A stretch of 64,000 nucleotides of DNA, from positions 2,441 to 66,440 of the forward strand of contig JAZLHO010000059.1 of NCBI GenBank assembly GCA_045616865.1. Direction: 5' to 3'. Source of the stretch: Lachnospiraceae bacterium. GTDB taxonomy: Bacteria > Bacillota > Clostridia > Lachnospirales > Lachnospiraceae. The notes below the pieces were generated by a model. The model ran no database searches and was not told the DNA's origin. It saw only the letters and a list, made by a program, of their open reading frames with translations. Numbering within the stretch: position 1 is the stretch's first letter; each line of letters begins with the position of its first letter. The translations under genes and the position numbers were made by a program. Shown one piece after another: positions 1 to 9,593 of the stretch.

Positions 1-53
1 CGCTGCTCCGGATAATAAAAATATCAGAATAAATCGAAATACTCTCTTCTTTG

Positions 54-539
54 TCATGACTTTTCTCCCATTGGATTGTAATATTTAAAATTGATCCTAT
101 GCAAGCCTGTGGGGTCCGCATAGAGTGATCCCGGAATCACTCCATTCAAATTCTTTTTAATGAATGTTTCAATTACATCATAATCTATTCCAATGCAGGT
201 GCAATCATTCTCTGTCTTTTTTATTATATCTTTATTTGCCACCAGCAGATAATATTCCGAACCGGTAACAGAATACATTTTGTTTGCATCTATCGGCTCT
301 TCTCCTATCATTATGGATTTTATCCGGTTATTGCTGTTCTCTGTCCAAGGAACCGATGCATCAATTGCAAATGTCATACCTGATACTGCTGGACTGGCCG
401 GGGTATATTCAGGGTAATTTCTTAGATTGTACTCCAATATATCGATTATATGCTGACCGCTTAAAGATGTGGAATATATTCCTCCATACCCCGGATAAAA
501 TATTATATAGTTCACTGATTTTTCCATTAAAAAGAACAT
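54..539 (-). CDS. 5'-nucleotidase C-terminal-domain-like protein, probably a truncated remnant
   Basis: The 161-aa ORF resembles only the C-terminal substrate-binding domain of UshA-type 5'-nucleotidases (GYGGI..., SGMTF..D, GEEPID..K.Y.V). There is no N-terminal metallophosphatase domain and no Shine-Dalgarno site. A terminator lies immediately upstream. Confidence 0.35.
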   Translation of the reverse strand: MFFLMEKSVNYIIFYPGYGGIYSTSLSGQHIIDILEYNLRNYPEYTPASPAVSGMTFAIDASVPWTENSNNRIKSIMIGEEPIDANKMYSVTGSEYYLLVANKDIIKKTENDCTCIGIDYDVIETFIKKNLNGVIPGSLYADPTGLHRINFKYYNPMGEKS

Positions 540-613
540 GTCTTTATTTATTGTACCAAGTTATAGCTGAAATGGCTATAAACCTGTTGATCCGGAGGAA
601 TTTCCTATTATAC

Positions 614-641
614 AAAAAACTCTCCTCCCGGAGAGTTTTTT
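614..641. terminator. Bidirectional rho-independent terminator downstream of the yfcE-like gene
   Basis: AAAAAACTCTCC-tccc-GGAGAGTTTTTT: a 7-bp GC-containing stem flanked by an A-tract and a T-tract. Confidence 0.7.
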
Positions 642-676
642 GCTAACATCCGTTGATTATGACAAAGTCGATATTA

Positions 677-1225
677 TCAGACCTTGATTTCGATTTCTTT
701 ATGTATATTTCCATCAAAATCTTTGATCGTCCAGATATTGTCATCCAGTATCGCATAGGAACCGGGATTTCCACCCTTTGGGATTGATGTCGATCCCGGG
801 TTAAGCACATAGATATCATCCATCTTCCTTGCAACCGGAAGATGGATATGTCCGAATACAAGTGCCTGACATACTCCCATAGGCGGAAGCTTTTCCGGAT
901 TGTACAAGTGTCCGTGCGTCTGGAAAAAAGTTATCCCGTTCAGCTTCAGAATATTATAATCTGACATCATAGGAAACTGCAGAACCATCTGATCTATCTC
1001 GCTGTCACAATTACCTCTGCATGCAATTATCCTGTTAAAATATTCATTCAGTAAAACCGTACAATCTTTTGTACCGTACTCCTCAGGAAGATCATTCCTT
1101 GCTCCGTGATAAAGCAGATCTCCCATAAGTATCAGTTGTTCGGCTCCTGAATGCTCAAACACATCCAGGAGCTTTTTGCAATAGTATGCTGATCCGTGTA
1201 TATCTGATGCAAAAATATATTTCAT
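677..1225 (-). CDS. yfcE: YfcE/MJ0936-family metallophosphoesterase (phosphodiesterase)
   Basis: N-terminus is MKYIFASDIHGS, followed by GDLLYHG and GNCD/GH motifs. GGAGG lies 4 nt upstream of the ATG. Confidence 0.8.
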   Translation of the reverse strand: MKYIFASDIHGSAYYCKKLLDVFEHSGAEQLILMGDLLYHGARNDLPEEYGTKDCTVLLNEYFNRIIACRGNCDSEIDQMVLQFPMMSDYNILKLNGITFFQTHGHLYNPEKLPPMGVCQALVFGHIHLPVARKMDDIYVLNPGSTSIPKGGNPGSYAILDDNIWTIKDFDGNIHKEIEIKV

Positions 1226-1255
1226 ATATCCTCCGTATTCCGTTTCGGAATTTCT

Positions 1256-2962
1256 CTACTTTATGCCGTATGGAAGAATTGCAGGATCACAGAAGCAGAT
1301 ATCCCTGTGTCCTCTTGCGTAACAATTAAGACCCAGTATCGGTCGTGCCTCGACATTTACCTCATCATATACTCTCTTGTACTCTTTATTCTCCACCTCT
1401 TCAGCTTTTCCGTCCTTCACTGCAAACTTCTGATAGAAAGTCACATCGTCATCGCTGTCCTCGAAGGCATATACATATGTCGCATCACCCTCTTTTGCAA
1501 TATATGCATCAATGTGATATGTCCGTGTATCAAAAGTTGTTACAGTCCCGTCCACATCAAGGCCGATTTTCTCAATGAAATCGTACTGCGAATATTCCGG
1601 ATTCAGCGTAATCCTGCTATTACCTGCTGACGTTGCAACATTCGGTTTCAGCGGAGTTACATACGAAGACGGAACCTTGCGTATCTCAGGTTTGATGATA
1701 TCGGCATACTCGGTATACGGAAGCATTACCTCTATCTGTCCTGAAGCGTACGGTGCGATCTCATACGGATTGAAAATGAAGATTATTCCGTCATAAGTTA
1801 CGAGTATGTTAAATGCAATCGTCTCGCTCAGGTAGCTTGTTTCGAAAGAATACATGTTCAGATCCGCATCCAGATCAAAGTAATCTGCATCGGCCTTTTT
1901 CAGGAGTTCCTTCTTAAGTGCTTCAAGCATCGCACCTTTTTCCGTAAAGATATCTGCCGGAGCCAGTACATTTCCTGTCTGAGTCGAATATGTGAAACCC
2001 TCCGAAATATAATCTCCGTGCTGTCCCTCATGATAATCATAGTTTCTGTTTACTCTTACTGAGAAAAAGTTTTCGTCTGCACGATAAGGCTGTGCCTGGA
2101 TTTCAACCTTGAGGCCTTCAAAATACGGTTCATTCTGCAGCTCCGGTCGGTATGCCGTTTCAATATGCTCCAGCGCATCCTGCGAATGCTGATATATATA
2201 ATTATCCAGATCCTCATGTATAGCTGTGTCCAGATTCGGGTAAGCCGACCTTTCATTTTCAGGAAGATTGATACTCGAATATGTAAGAGTGTATGCCATA
2301 CGGTTATCCTGTTCCTGTCCGCCTTCGTAAACATTGATTACAGTCGGGTGGAGCAGCGCGGGATTGTCAACTGTCTGTATTGCTGTTCTTGCGCTTCCAA
2401 TGCCTGCAACCTGTTCTGCTATTGCTTTTATATCAAATCCGTCAAGATCGGCTCCCTGGGCAATAAGACAGTATGTGGTCTTGAATTCCGTATTGTACCA
2501 TGCAAACCTGTCTACAGTTTCTCCCTGACCTATATAGCGGGAGAATGTTGCCTCATAGCTTCCGAGCTTATCTTTCTCGTCTGCAGTCCATGTGTAATAT
2601 AATCCGGAAATATCAATAAGTGAATCGGATTTCTGAAGTCTAAGTGTGTACTTGACATTATCCTCAGCGAAACTGATCTCACCTAAGTTATTATTAATGA
2701 TTGCGTAACGCACATCTTTCATTCCATCCGGAATGGTAAATGGCTGCGAAAAGAACACCTTAAAGTCTGTTTCATCAACCTCTACTACCGGATTAGCTAT
2801 CTGTACGGTTTCTTCTGTTGTCGCTGCAGTTTCTTTGGTTTCAGCCACAGTCTCCTGAACTGTTTCATTTGCTGCCGGTGCCTCTATCTTTGCTGTGCAC
2901 CCTGAAACAAGGCATATTATCATAATTGCTGACAGCAAGCTGATCAATCTGTTCTTTTTCAT
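1256..2962 (-). CDS. Lipoprotein with DUF3298/DUF4163 (PdaC/RsiV-like) domain
   Basis: Signal peptide with lipobox LVSGC. The C-terminal half resembles the DUF3298 family. Start moved to the internal ATG (MKKNRL...), which is preceded by AGGAG. The longer ORF starts at a GTG with no SD. Confidence 0.6.
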   Translation of the reverse strand: MKKNRLISLLSAIMIICLVSGCTAKIEAPAANETVQETVAETKETAATTEETVQIANPVVEVDETDFKVFFSQPFTIPDGMKDVRYAIINNNLGEISFAEDNVKYTLRLQKSDSLIDISGLYYTWTADEKDKLGSYEATFSRYIGQGETVDRFAWYNTEFKTTYCLIAQGADLDGFDIKAIAEQVAGIGSARTAIQTVDNPALLHPTVINVYEGGQEQDNRMAYTLTYSSINLPENERSAYPNLDTAIHEDLDNYIYQHSQDALEHIETAYRPELQNEPYFEGLKVEIQAQPYRADENFFSVRVNRNYDYHEGQHGDYISEGFTYSTQTGNVLAPADIFTEKGAMLEALKKELLKKADADYFDLDADLNMYSFETSYLSETIAFNILVTYDGIIFIFNPYEIAPYASGQIEVMLPYTEYADIIKPEIRKVPSSYVTPLKPNVATSAGNSRITLNPEYSQYDFIEKIGLDVDGTVTTFDTRTYHIDAYIAKEGDATYVYAFEDSDDDVTFYQKFAVKDGKAEEVENKEYKRVYDEVNVEARPILGLNCYARGHRDICFCDPAILPYGIK

Positions 2963-3077
2963 TTCAATCCAATCTCCTGATTTCCATCGTTTATATTTAA
3001 TCTGTTTCTTCACATGATATTATATCGCACACATGATGTTTTGACATTATTGCTATGCATGGCGGTGCTCTATGTAT

Positions 3078-4109
3078 TCATACCGGAGAAGTCATGATTT
3101 TAAGCAGTTCTTTTACTTCTTTATCCGTTGTCCTCCAGCTGGTGCAGATACGGACGATGTTCTTTCCTTTGTATTTGCCCCAGCAGTCTGTATTCATGTG
3201 TCGTTTCAGAAATTCAAGTCTCTTATCATCCACTAAAACAAACTGCTGGTTTGACTGACTTTCTGTATAGAACTCATATCCTGTTTCCTGAAGCTTCTTT
3301 TTGATCTTCATCGCCTGTTTTGTTCCGTTTTTACCGAGCTTATAATACAATCCGTCTGTAAACATGGTATCAAACTGTATTCCGAGTAGCCATCCCTTTG
3401 CCAGAAGTCCGCCAAAGCGCTTCCTGTGTGTGAAGAATCTTTCCTGTGGTTTTTTAAATACAAGCGCATCACCCATAAGAGCTCCGCACTTTGTTCCGCC
3501 GATATAGAACGCATCGCAGTATTTGCCCAGATCTTTCAGGGTAACATCGCTGCCATCTGATGCAAGTCCATATGCCAGTCTTGCGCCGTCAAGATAAAGC
3601 TTCATGTTGTATTTGTCACAGATTGCTCTTATCTTTTTTAATTCGCCAGAGCTGTAAAGTCCGCCGTACTCTGTTGGATGTGTGATATATACCGCACCCG
3701 GGGTTACCATATGTTCATACGATGAATCAGCATAGAAGGTTTCGAGCCACTTTTTCATCGCTGTGATATCTATCCTGCCGTCTGAATGCCCCTTTACTTC
3801 TATTACTTTATGACCTGTCATCTCTACAGCGCCACTCTCGTGTACTGAAATATGACCTGTCGTAGCAGCTATTATACCTTCATCCTGCTTTACCATAAAT
3901 GAGAGTGCAATCTGATTACACTGTGTTCCGCCAACCATGAACCATACTTCTGCATCCGGATTATCCACTTCTTTTCTTATCCTTGCCTTAGCACTGTCAC
4001 TGTATTTGTCCCAGCCGTATGTCGTTACATGATCATTATTGATTTCATTAAGTGCCTGCATTATCTGCGGTGCAGTTCCCACGTTATAATCACATGAAAA
4101 ATCTATCAT
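3078..4109 (-). CDS. Threonine aldolase / beta-eliminating lyase family PLP enzyme
   Basis: The GTQCNQIAL and GGTKCG (PLP-Lys region) motifs are typical of low-specificity L-threonine aldolases. GGAGG lies 5 nt upstream of the ATG at 4109. Confidence 0.7.
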   Translation of the reverse strand: MIDFSCDYNVGTAPQIMQALNEINNDHVTTYGWDKYSDSAKARIRKEVDNPDAEVWFMVGGTQCNQIALSFMVKQDEGIIAATTGHISVHESGAVEMTGHKVIEVKGHSDGRIDITAMKKWLETFYADSSYEHMVTPGAVYITHPTEYGGLYSSGELKKIRAICDKYNMKLYLDGARLAYGLASDGSDVTLKDLGKYCDAFYIGGTKCGALMGDALVFKKPQERFFTHRKRFGGLLAKGWLLGIQFDTMFTDGLYYKLGKNGTKQAMKIKKKLQETGYEFYTESQSNQQFVLVDDKRLEFLKRHMNTDCWGKYKGKNIVRICTSWRTTDKEVKELLKIMTSPV

Positions 4110-4120
4110 AATCACCTCCG

Positions 4121-5749
4121 TTATAATCCTCTTTTATTACATAGCAAAGAAGTCTGTTCAGCCTGCAAACGCCTATGGCGAAGCACCTTTCCTGCGCATA
4201 TATTATTGAATTTTCCATTGTCTAAAGCAATCTGTCCGTTGATCATGACATAGTCAATTCCATCAGACAGTGCTTTATAGTTCCTGTAATCGGAATTATC
4301 GTGAATCTTTTCCATATTCAGAATGAGGACATCCGCTTTCATATTTTCTGCAATAACACCTCTGTCAGTGAGTTCAAGCTTCTCAGCCGGCATACCTGTC
4401 ATTTTGTAGATGGCCTGCTGCAGTGAAAGCAGCTGATCCTGCATGACGTACTTCTCCAGAACTCTGGTAAATGCTGCCGTATATCTGGGATGATAAGGCC
4501 CTAACCCCGGAAATCCGTCAGTACAGATCATTGAATAAGGATCCTGAATAATGCGTGAAATATCCTCTTCATCCTGCGTAAAGACTATCATCATTGCATT
4601 ATTATCGCTGTTCCTGATGATATCAAGTGCCATTTCATTGGGATCCTGATTGTTCTCTCTGGCGATCTGCATGACAGTCTTACCTTCATAGGACTTGACG
4701 GAACACTCGTTGATCAGCACTCTATCCCATGATCCTGCATAGCAGAAAAAGTTCTCATAGCTTGGATCTTTGTCGCTCATATCAGCAATGATTTCAGTCC
4801 GGATTTCCGGATCAGAGCATCGGGCAACCAGCTTATCCACGCCACCCTCCAGTGACCATGGCGGCAGACATGCGCTGAACTGCGTGCTTGCAGCATCATA
4901 GGGGTATACATCACATGTGATCTTTGCACCATTTTTATTAGCATCGGCAATCATCCGGAGCGTTATCCCGGATTTGCCCTTGTTCTGAGCCCCCTGTGCC
5001 TTGTGATGAGATATTTCCACGCTGACGCCTGTGGCTTCAGCGATATCCAGAATCTCCTGTACAGCCTCCACCAGCCCGCTGCTTTCACTTCGCATATGAG
5101 AAGTGAAGATACCGTTATGATCTGCAATAACCTTAGCGAGATTCTTCAGTTCCTGCGTATCTGCAAAAACTCCCGGCGGATAAATCAGTCCGGTGGACAT
5201 ACCGAAGGCTCCTTCATCCATACTACGGTCAAGCAGCTTCTCCATCTTTTCCATCTCCTCCGGTGTCAGAGGACGCGCCTCAAATCCGGACACTGCAATT
5301 CGGAGAGAACCGTGTCCGACCAGACCTGCCGTATTCAGCATAGGATGATGTTTTTCAAGCTCGTCCAGAAATTCTCCGTATGACTGCCAGTTATAGGGAA
5401 CCTGCACGTTGGAGAAAAAGGGATTACAGTACTTTCTCAGCAAATCAAGATTCTGTGGATTGACCGGAGCGGCAGAGATGCCGCAGTTTCCGATCACCTC
5501 GGTAGTATAGCCCTGTCGCAGTCTCAGAGGGTTTTTTGATTCATGAAATACAATTGCATCAGAATGACAGTGTATATCAATGAATCCGGGAGTAACTGTT
5601 TTTCCGGTTGCGTCAATGACTCTGTTGGCTTCCTCATCAATATGACCAACCTTTACGATTTCATCTCCCTGAATGGCAATATCAGCGATATACGGCTCCC
5701 TGTTGGTTCCGTCAACGATCTTGCCGTTTCTGATAAGAATATCATACAT
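4121..5749 (-). CDS. N-acyl-D-amino-acid deacylase (D-aminoacylase), amidohydrolase superfamily
   Basis: N-terminus YDILIRNGKIVDG...GFIDIHCHSD (metal-binding HxH) and a length of 542 aa. GAGGAGG SD present. Confidence 0.75.
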   Translation of the reverse strand: MYDILIRNGKIVDGTNREPYIADIAIQGDEIVKVGHIDEEANRVIDATGKTVTPGFIDIHCHSDAIVFHESKNPLRLRQGYTTEVIGNCGISAAPVNPQNLDLLRKYCNPFFSNVQVPYNWQSYGEFLDELEKHHPMLNTAGLVGHGSLRIAVSGFEARPLTPEEMEKMEKLLDRSMDEGAFGMSTGLIYPPGVFADTQELKNLAKVIADHNGIFTSHMRSESSGLVEAVQEILDIAEATGVSVEISHHKAQGAQNKGKSGITLRMIADANKNGAKITCDVYPYDAASTQFSACLPPWSLEGGVDKLVARCSDPEIRTEIIADMSDKDPSYENFFCYAGSWDRVLINECSVKSYEGKTVMQIARENNQDPNEMALDIIRNSDNNAMMIVFTQDEEDISRIIQDPYSMICTDGFPGLGPYHPRYTAAFTRVLEKYVMQDQLLSLQQAIYKMTGMPAEKLELTDRGVIAENMKADVLILNMEKIHDNSDYRNYKALSDGIDYVMINGQIALDNGKFNNICAGKVLRHRRLQAEQTSLLCNKRGL

Positions 5750-5794
5750 TACGCAATCCTCCTCAATGAGATACCTTCCGTCCGGGATTCACTG

Positions 5795-7123
5795 TCAGTC
5801 ATTATTTGGATTTTTTCCTTTTTCATTAATAAAGAAAATAAATATCAGTGAACTGATCAGTAATAAAAAAGGATAGAACAGATAAGGTATTATCTGGAAT
5901 GCACCTATATCTCCTTCCAGTGCCTTTACCGCAGATACCGCAACCAGCATCTGTGCACCGTAAGGGATGATGCCCTGGAAGATACATGAAAATGTATCCA
6001 GTATAGATGCTGTTTTCTTATTGGTGATTCCATATTCCTTAGCCATATCTCTTGCAATCGGGTTCGCCATAACGATTGCAACAGTGTTATTTGCCGTAGA
6101 TATATCCATAGCTCCTACTAAAAGACCCATACCCAGCTGGCCGAGCTTTTTGCCCTTAAATACTCTCTTGATAAAATACAGTAATGCCGTGAATCCGCCG
6201 TATTCTTTAATGAGCGCACAGATTGCAGATACCAGTATTGCAACCATAGTTGTCTCAAACATTCCTGTTACACCCGTTCCCATACTTGAAAGAAGCTCAG
6301 TTGCTGCGATTGCACCTGTTGCTAGCATGATGATCGAACCTGATACAATACCGATGATTAAAACCACGAATACATTGATTCCTACTATACCGCCTATGAG
6401 TACCAGTATATACGGAATTATCTGGATAAGATTGTATTCTTCAATTACAGCATCTCCGTTATATGTATTAAGTGACAGAACCAGTATCAGAATCAGTGTA
6501 GCTATTGCTGCAGGAAGTGCGATTGCGAAGTTCTCGCGGAACTTATCCTTCATCTCACAGCCCTGTCCGTTGCATGCTGCAATTGTCGTATCAGAGATGA
6601 AGGAAAGGTTGTCTCCAAACATCGCTCCGCCTACAACTGTTGCAACACAAAGTGCCATATCAAATCCCGAAGCTCTCGAGACAGCAATCGCTATAGGGGT
6701 TATCAATGTGATAGTACCTACTGATGTCCCCATCGAGAGGGATACCAGACATGCGATAATAAAAAGAACTGCTACGGAAAACTTTGCCGGTACTATGGAA
6801 AGAAGAAAATATGCTACTGAGTTTGCACCGTTTCTGCCGACCACTCCTGTGAATATGCCTGCTGTCATGAATATCAGAATCATGGTAACTATATCCTTGT
6901 CTCCGATTCCCTTTCCCATAAGTTCCAGCTTTTTGTCAAAGCTTAAATCCGGATTCTGAATACATGCTGCAAGAAGTGCAATTAGGAATATTACCACGAT
7001 AGGGATATTATAAAATCCCATAGGCACCTTAAGAACATATTCAAACAGGACTCCCAGCCCCAGATACAATACAAGAAATATTCCTATCGGAATCAACGCC
7101 TTTGCATTTCCTTTGTTTTCCAT
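5795..7123 (-). CDS. NhaC-family Na+/H+ antiporter-type transporter
   Basis: 442-aa polytopic membrane protein with an NhaC-like sequence. GGGAGG SD present. Confidence 0.7.
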   Translation of the reverse strand: MENKGNAKALIPIGIFLVLYLGLGVLFEYVLKVPMGFYNIPIVVIFLIALLAACIQNPDLSFDKKLELMGKGIGDKDIVTMILIFMTAGIFTGVVGRNGANSVAYFLLSIVPAKFSVAVLFIIACLVSLSMGTSVGTITLITPIAIAVSRASGFDMALCVATVVGGAMFGDNLSFISDTTIAACNGQGCEMKDKFRENFAIALPAAIATLILILVLSLNTYNGDAVIEEYNLIQIIPYILVLIGGIVGINVFVVLIIGIVSGSIIMLATGAIAATELLSSMGTGVTGMFETTMVAILVSAICALIKEYGGFTALLYFIKRVFKGKKLGQLGMGLLVGAMDISTANNTVAIVMANPIARDMAKEYGITNKKTASILDTFSCIFQGIIPYGAQMLVAVSAVKALEGDIGAFQIIPYLFYPFLLLISSLIFIFFINEKGKNPNND

Positions 7124-7198
7124 AATAATTTTGCCTCCCGTTCAAGTTATATTCATACTGTGATTTGGATTTCTATAAGTACTATTGCTGATAACACA

Positions 7199-7224
7199 GG
7201 GGCACCCATTTCACAGGGTGCCCC
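7199..7224 (-). terminator. Stem-loop terminator after rubrerythrin
   Basis: GGGGCACCC-atttcaca-GGGTGCCCC: a 9-bp GC-rich stem 27 nt after the rbr stop. The T-tract is weak. Confidence 0.5.
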
Positions 7225-7250
7225 GATATGCTTTCAACTATCTGATATAA

Positions 7251-7790
7251 TTAATAATTTTCAGCATGTACTTCGAAATACGCCTGTGGATGGTTACATG
7301 TCGGGCATACCTCCGGAGCCTTCTCTCCGACTACAATATGACCACAGTTTCTGCACTCCCATACCTTGACTTCACTCTTTGCAAATACCTCTGCCATCTC
7401 GATATTCTTAAGCAGTGCACGGTATCTTTCCTCATGATGCTTCTCAATAGCTGCCACAAGTCTGAACTTCTCTGCAAGCTCCTTGAAGCCCTCTTCTTCA
7501 GCTGTCTTGGCAAAGCCTTCATACATATCTGTCCACTCGAAGTTCTCGCCGTCAGCTGCAGCCTTAAGATTATCTGTTGTCTCTCCGATTCCGTTTAACT
7601 CCTTGAACCAGAGCTTAGCATGCTCCTTCTCATTGTCAGCCGTTTTAAGGAACAGTGCTGATATCTGCTCGAATCCGTCTTTCTTTGCTTTCGATGCAAA
7701 ATATGTGTACTTATTTCTTGCCTGTGACTCTCCTGCAAATGCTGCTTCGAGATTTTTTTCAGTCTGTGTTCCTGCATACTTGTTAGCCAT
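7251..7790 (-). CDS. rbr: Rubrerythrin
   Basis: Ferritin-like di-iron domain ([14 protein letters not shown]..., two ExxH regions) plus a C-terminal rubredoxin-like CRNCG...CPTC. GGAGGG SD present. Confidence 0.9.
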   Translation of the reverse strand: MANKYAGTQTEKNLEAAFAGESQARNKYTYFASKAKKDGFEQISALFLKTADNEKEHAKLWFKELNGIGETTDNLKAAADGENFEWTDMYEGFAKTAEEEGFKELAEKFRLVAAIEKHHEERYRALLKNIEMAEVFAKSEVKVWECRNCGHIVVGEKAPEVCPTCNHPQAYFEVHAENY

Positions 7791-7953
7791 TATTATTACC
7801 CTCCAATACTATATATATTATTATTCTGTATTGCTGTAAAAGTATCCGCAGCTGTTATTATATCATATTTCATTCAAATATCACAAAACTGCCATAATAA
7901 TGTATAATAGATTTACTTTTGCTATTGATATTTACACAGAAAGAGGTATTGAA

Positions 7954-8436
7954 ATGAGAGAAAGAATCTTATCAGTTATTGAACAGAACAGCAGACTCAG
8001 AAGTGAAGAAATCGCAGCTCTTCTGGGTGAAGATATAGAAACGGTTCGCAGCGAAATGCGAGCTATGGAAGCTGAAAATGTTATCGCCGGATACCATACT
8101 ATCATTGACTGGGACAAGACCGGAAAAGAAAAGGTCAGTGCACTGATTGAGGTCAAAACCACGCCGCAGAGAGGTCTCGGATTTGACAAGCTTGCTGAAC
8201 GCATCATGCGTTATCCTGAAGTTGATTCAATATACCTTATGAGCGGGGACTTTGATTTCGTCATTTTCCTCAATGGTAAGACAATGCGTGAAGTAGCCAG
8301 CTTCGTTTCAGACAAGCTTGCACCTCTGGATCAGATCAGAGGTACGGCTACTCATTTCCTTCTTAAAAAATACAAGGATCACGGTGCTATACTGGACGAA
8401 ACAGAACATGATGAAAGGCAGTTGATACAGGCATGA
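7954..8436 (+). CDS. Lrp/AsnC-family transcriptional regulator
   Basis: HTH followed by an AsnC-type ligand domain. Start set at MRERIL..., preceded by AAAGAGG. The stop overlaps the start of the next gene (ATGA). Confidence 0.8.
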   Translation: MRERILSVIEQNSRLRSEEIAALLGEDIETVRSEMRAMEAENVIAGYHTIIDWDKTGKEKVSALIEVKTTPQRGLGFDKLAERIMRYPEVDSIYLMSGDFDFVIFLNGKTMREVASFVSDKLAPLDQIRGTATHFLLKKYKDHGAILDETEHDERQLIQA

Positions 8437-9593
8437 AGAAATTATTATCAGACAGAATAACCGGTATAAAGCCTTCGGGAATCAGAAAATTCTTCGATGT
8501 GGCAAACACTATGAAGGATGTCATCTCACTCGGAGTCGGCGAACCGGATTTTGATACTCCGTGGTTCATACGTGAGGAGGGTATTTATTCACTTGAAAAG
8601 GGACGTACTTTTTATACTTCCAATGCCGGACTTCCCGAACTGAAGAAAGAAATCTCCGATTACCTTCAGCGAAAATATAAAATAACATATGATACGAAGG
8701 ATGAGGTGATGGTAACTGTCGGAGGAAGCGAGGGCATAGATATTGCTATCAGAGCTCTTACCAATCCCGGCGATGAGATCATCATACCGCAGCCGAGCTA
8801 TGTTTCTTATGAGCCTTGCGTTGTCATGGCAGGTGGAACTCCGGTAATACTTGAGCTCGAGGAAAAAGACAGGTTCAAACTGACCACTCAGAAGCTGCTG
8901 GAGAAGATTTCTGACAAGACGAAGCTGCTGGTTCTTCCGTTTCCCAATAACCCGACAGGCTCTGTTATGACATATGACGAGCTTTGCAAAATTGCAAATA
9001 TCTGTATTCAAAATGATATATGGGTTTTGTCTGACGAGATATATTCCGAGCTTACCTACACAAAGGATGGCCATGCTTCGATAGCTCAGGTTCCGGGAAT
9101 GCAGGAGCGAACCATACTTATCAATGGTTTTTCAAAGGCATATGCCATGACAGGATGGAGACTGGGATATGCATGTGCGCCTTCAGTTGTGTTAAAACAG
9201 ATGATGAAGATACATCAGTACTGCATCATGTGTGCACCTACTACCAGTCAGTATGCAGCTATAGCAGCTCTGCGTAACGGTGACGGAGAAGTGTCAAAGA
9301 TGCGCGAGTCATATAATCAGCGAAGAAGACTTCTGGTCAAAAGATTTACAGATATGGGGATTCCTGTGTTTGAGCCTGAGGGAGCGTTCTATATATTCCC
9401 GAATATCAGTAAATTCGGAATGACAAGCGAGGAGTTTGCATTAAAACTGCTTGATGAAAAGCATGTTGCTGTCGTTCCCGGATCTGCATTCGGGGACAGC
9501 GGAGAGGGATATATCCGAATCTCCTATGCTTATTCGATCAAGCAGCTTGAACAGGCATTGATAAAGATAAATGAATTTATCTCTGTTTTATAA
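8433..9593 (+). CDS. Class I/II PLP-dependent aminotransferase (aspartate/aromatic type)
   Basis: [26 protein letters not shown] and [13 protein letters not shown] (PLP lysine) motifs. Confidence 0.85.
   Translation: MKKLLSDRITGIKPSGIRKFFDVANTMKDVISLGVGEPDFDTPWFIREEGIYSLEKGRTFYTSNAGLPELKKEISDYLQRKYKITYDTKDEVMVTVGGSEGIDIAIRALTNPGDEIIIPQPSYVSYEPCVVMAGGTPVILELEEKDRFKLTTQKLLEKISDKTKLLVLPFPNNPTGSVMTYDELCKIANICIQNDIWVLSDEIYSELTYTKDGHASIAQVPGMQERTILINGFSKAYAMTGWRLGYACAPSVVLKQMMKIHQYCIMCAPTTSQYAAIAALRNGDGEVSKMRESYNQRRRLLVKRFTDMGIPVFEPEGAFYIFPNISKFGMTSEEFALKLLDEKHVAVVPGSAFGDSGEGYIRISYAYSIKQLEQALIKINEFISVL

Noticed and set aside
5967-6959. A 330-aa plus-strand ORF antisense to the NhaC transporter gene. 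Similar long antisense ORFs occur at 16535-16996, 20598-21095, 39825-40451 and 53606-54310.
   Set aside because: These are shadow ORFs opposite strongly codon-biased membrane or enzyme genes. Their translations are low-complexity (Ile/Pro/Ser/Thr-rich) with no recognisable motifs and no SD sites, while the minus-strand products have clear family signatures.
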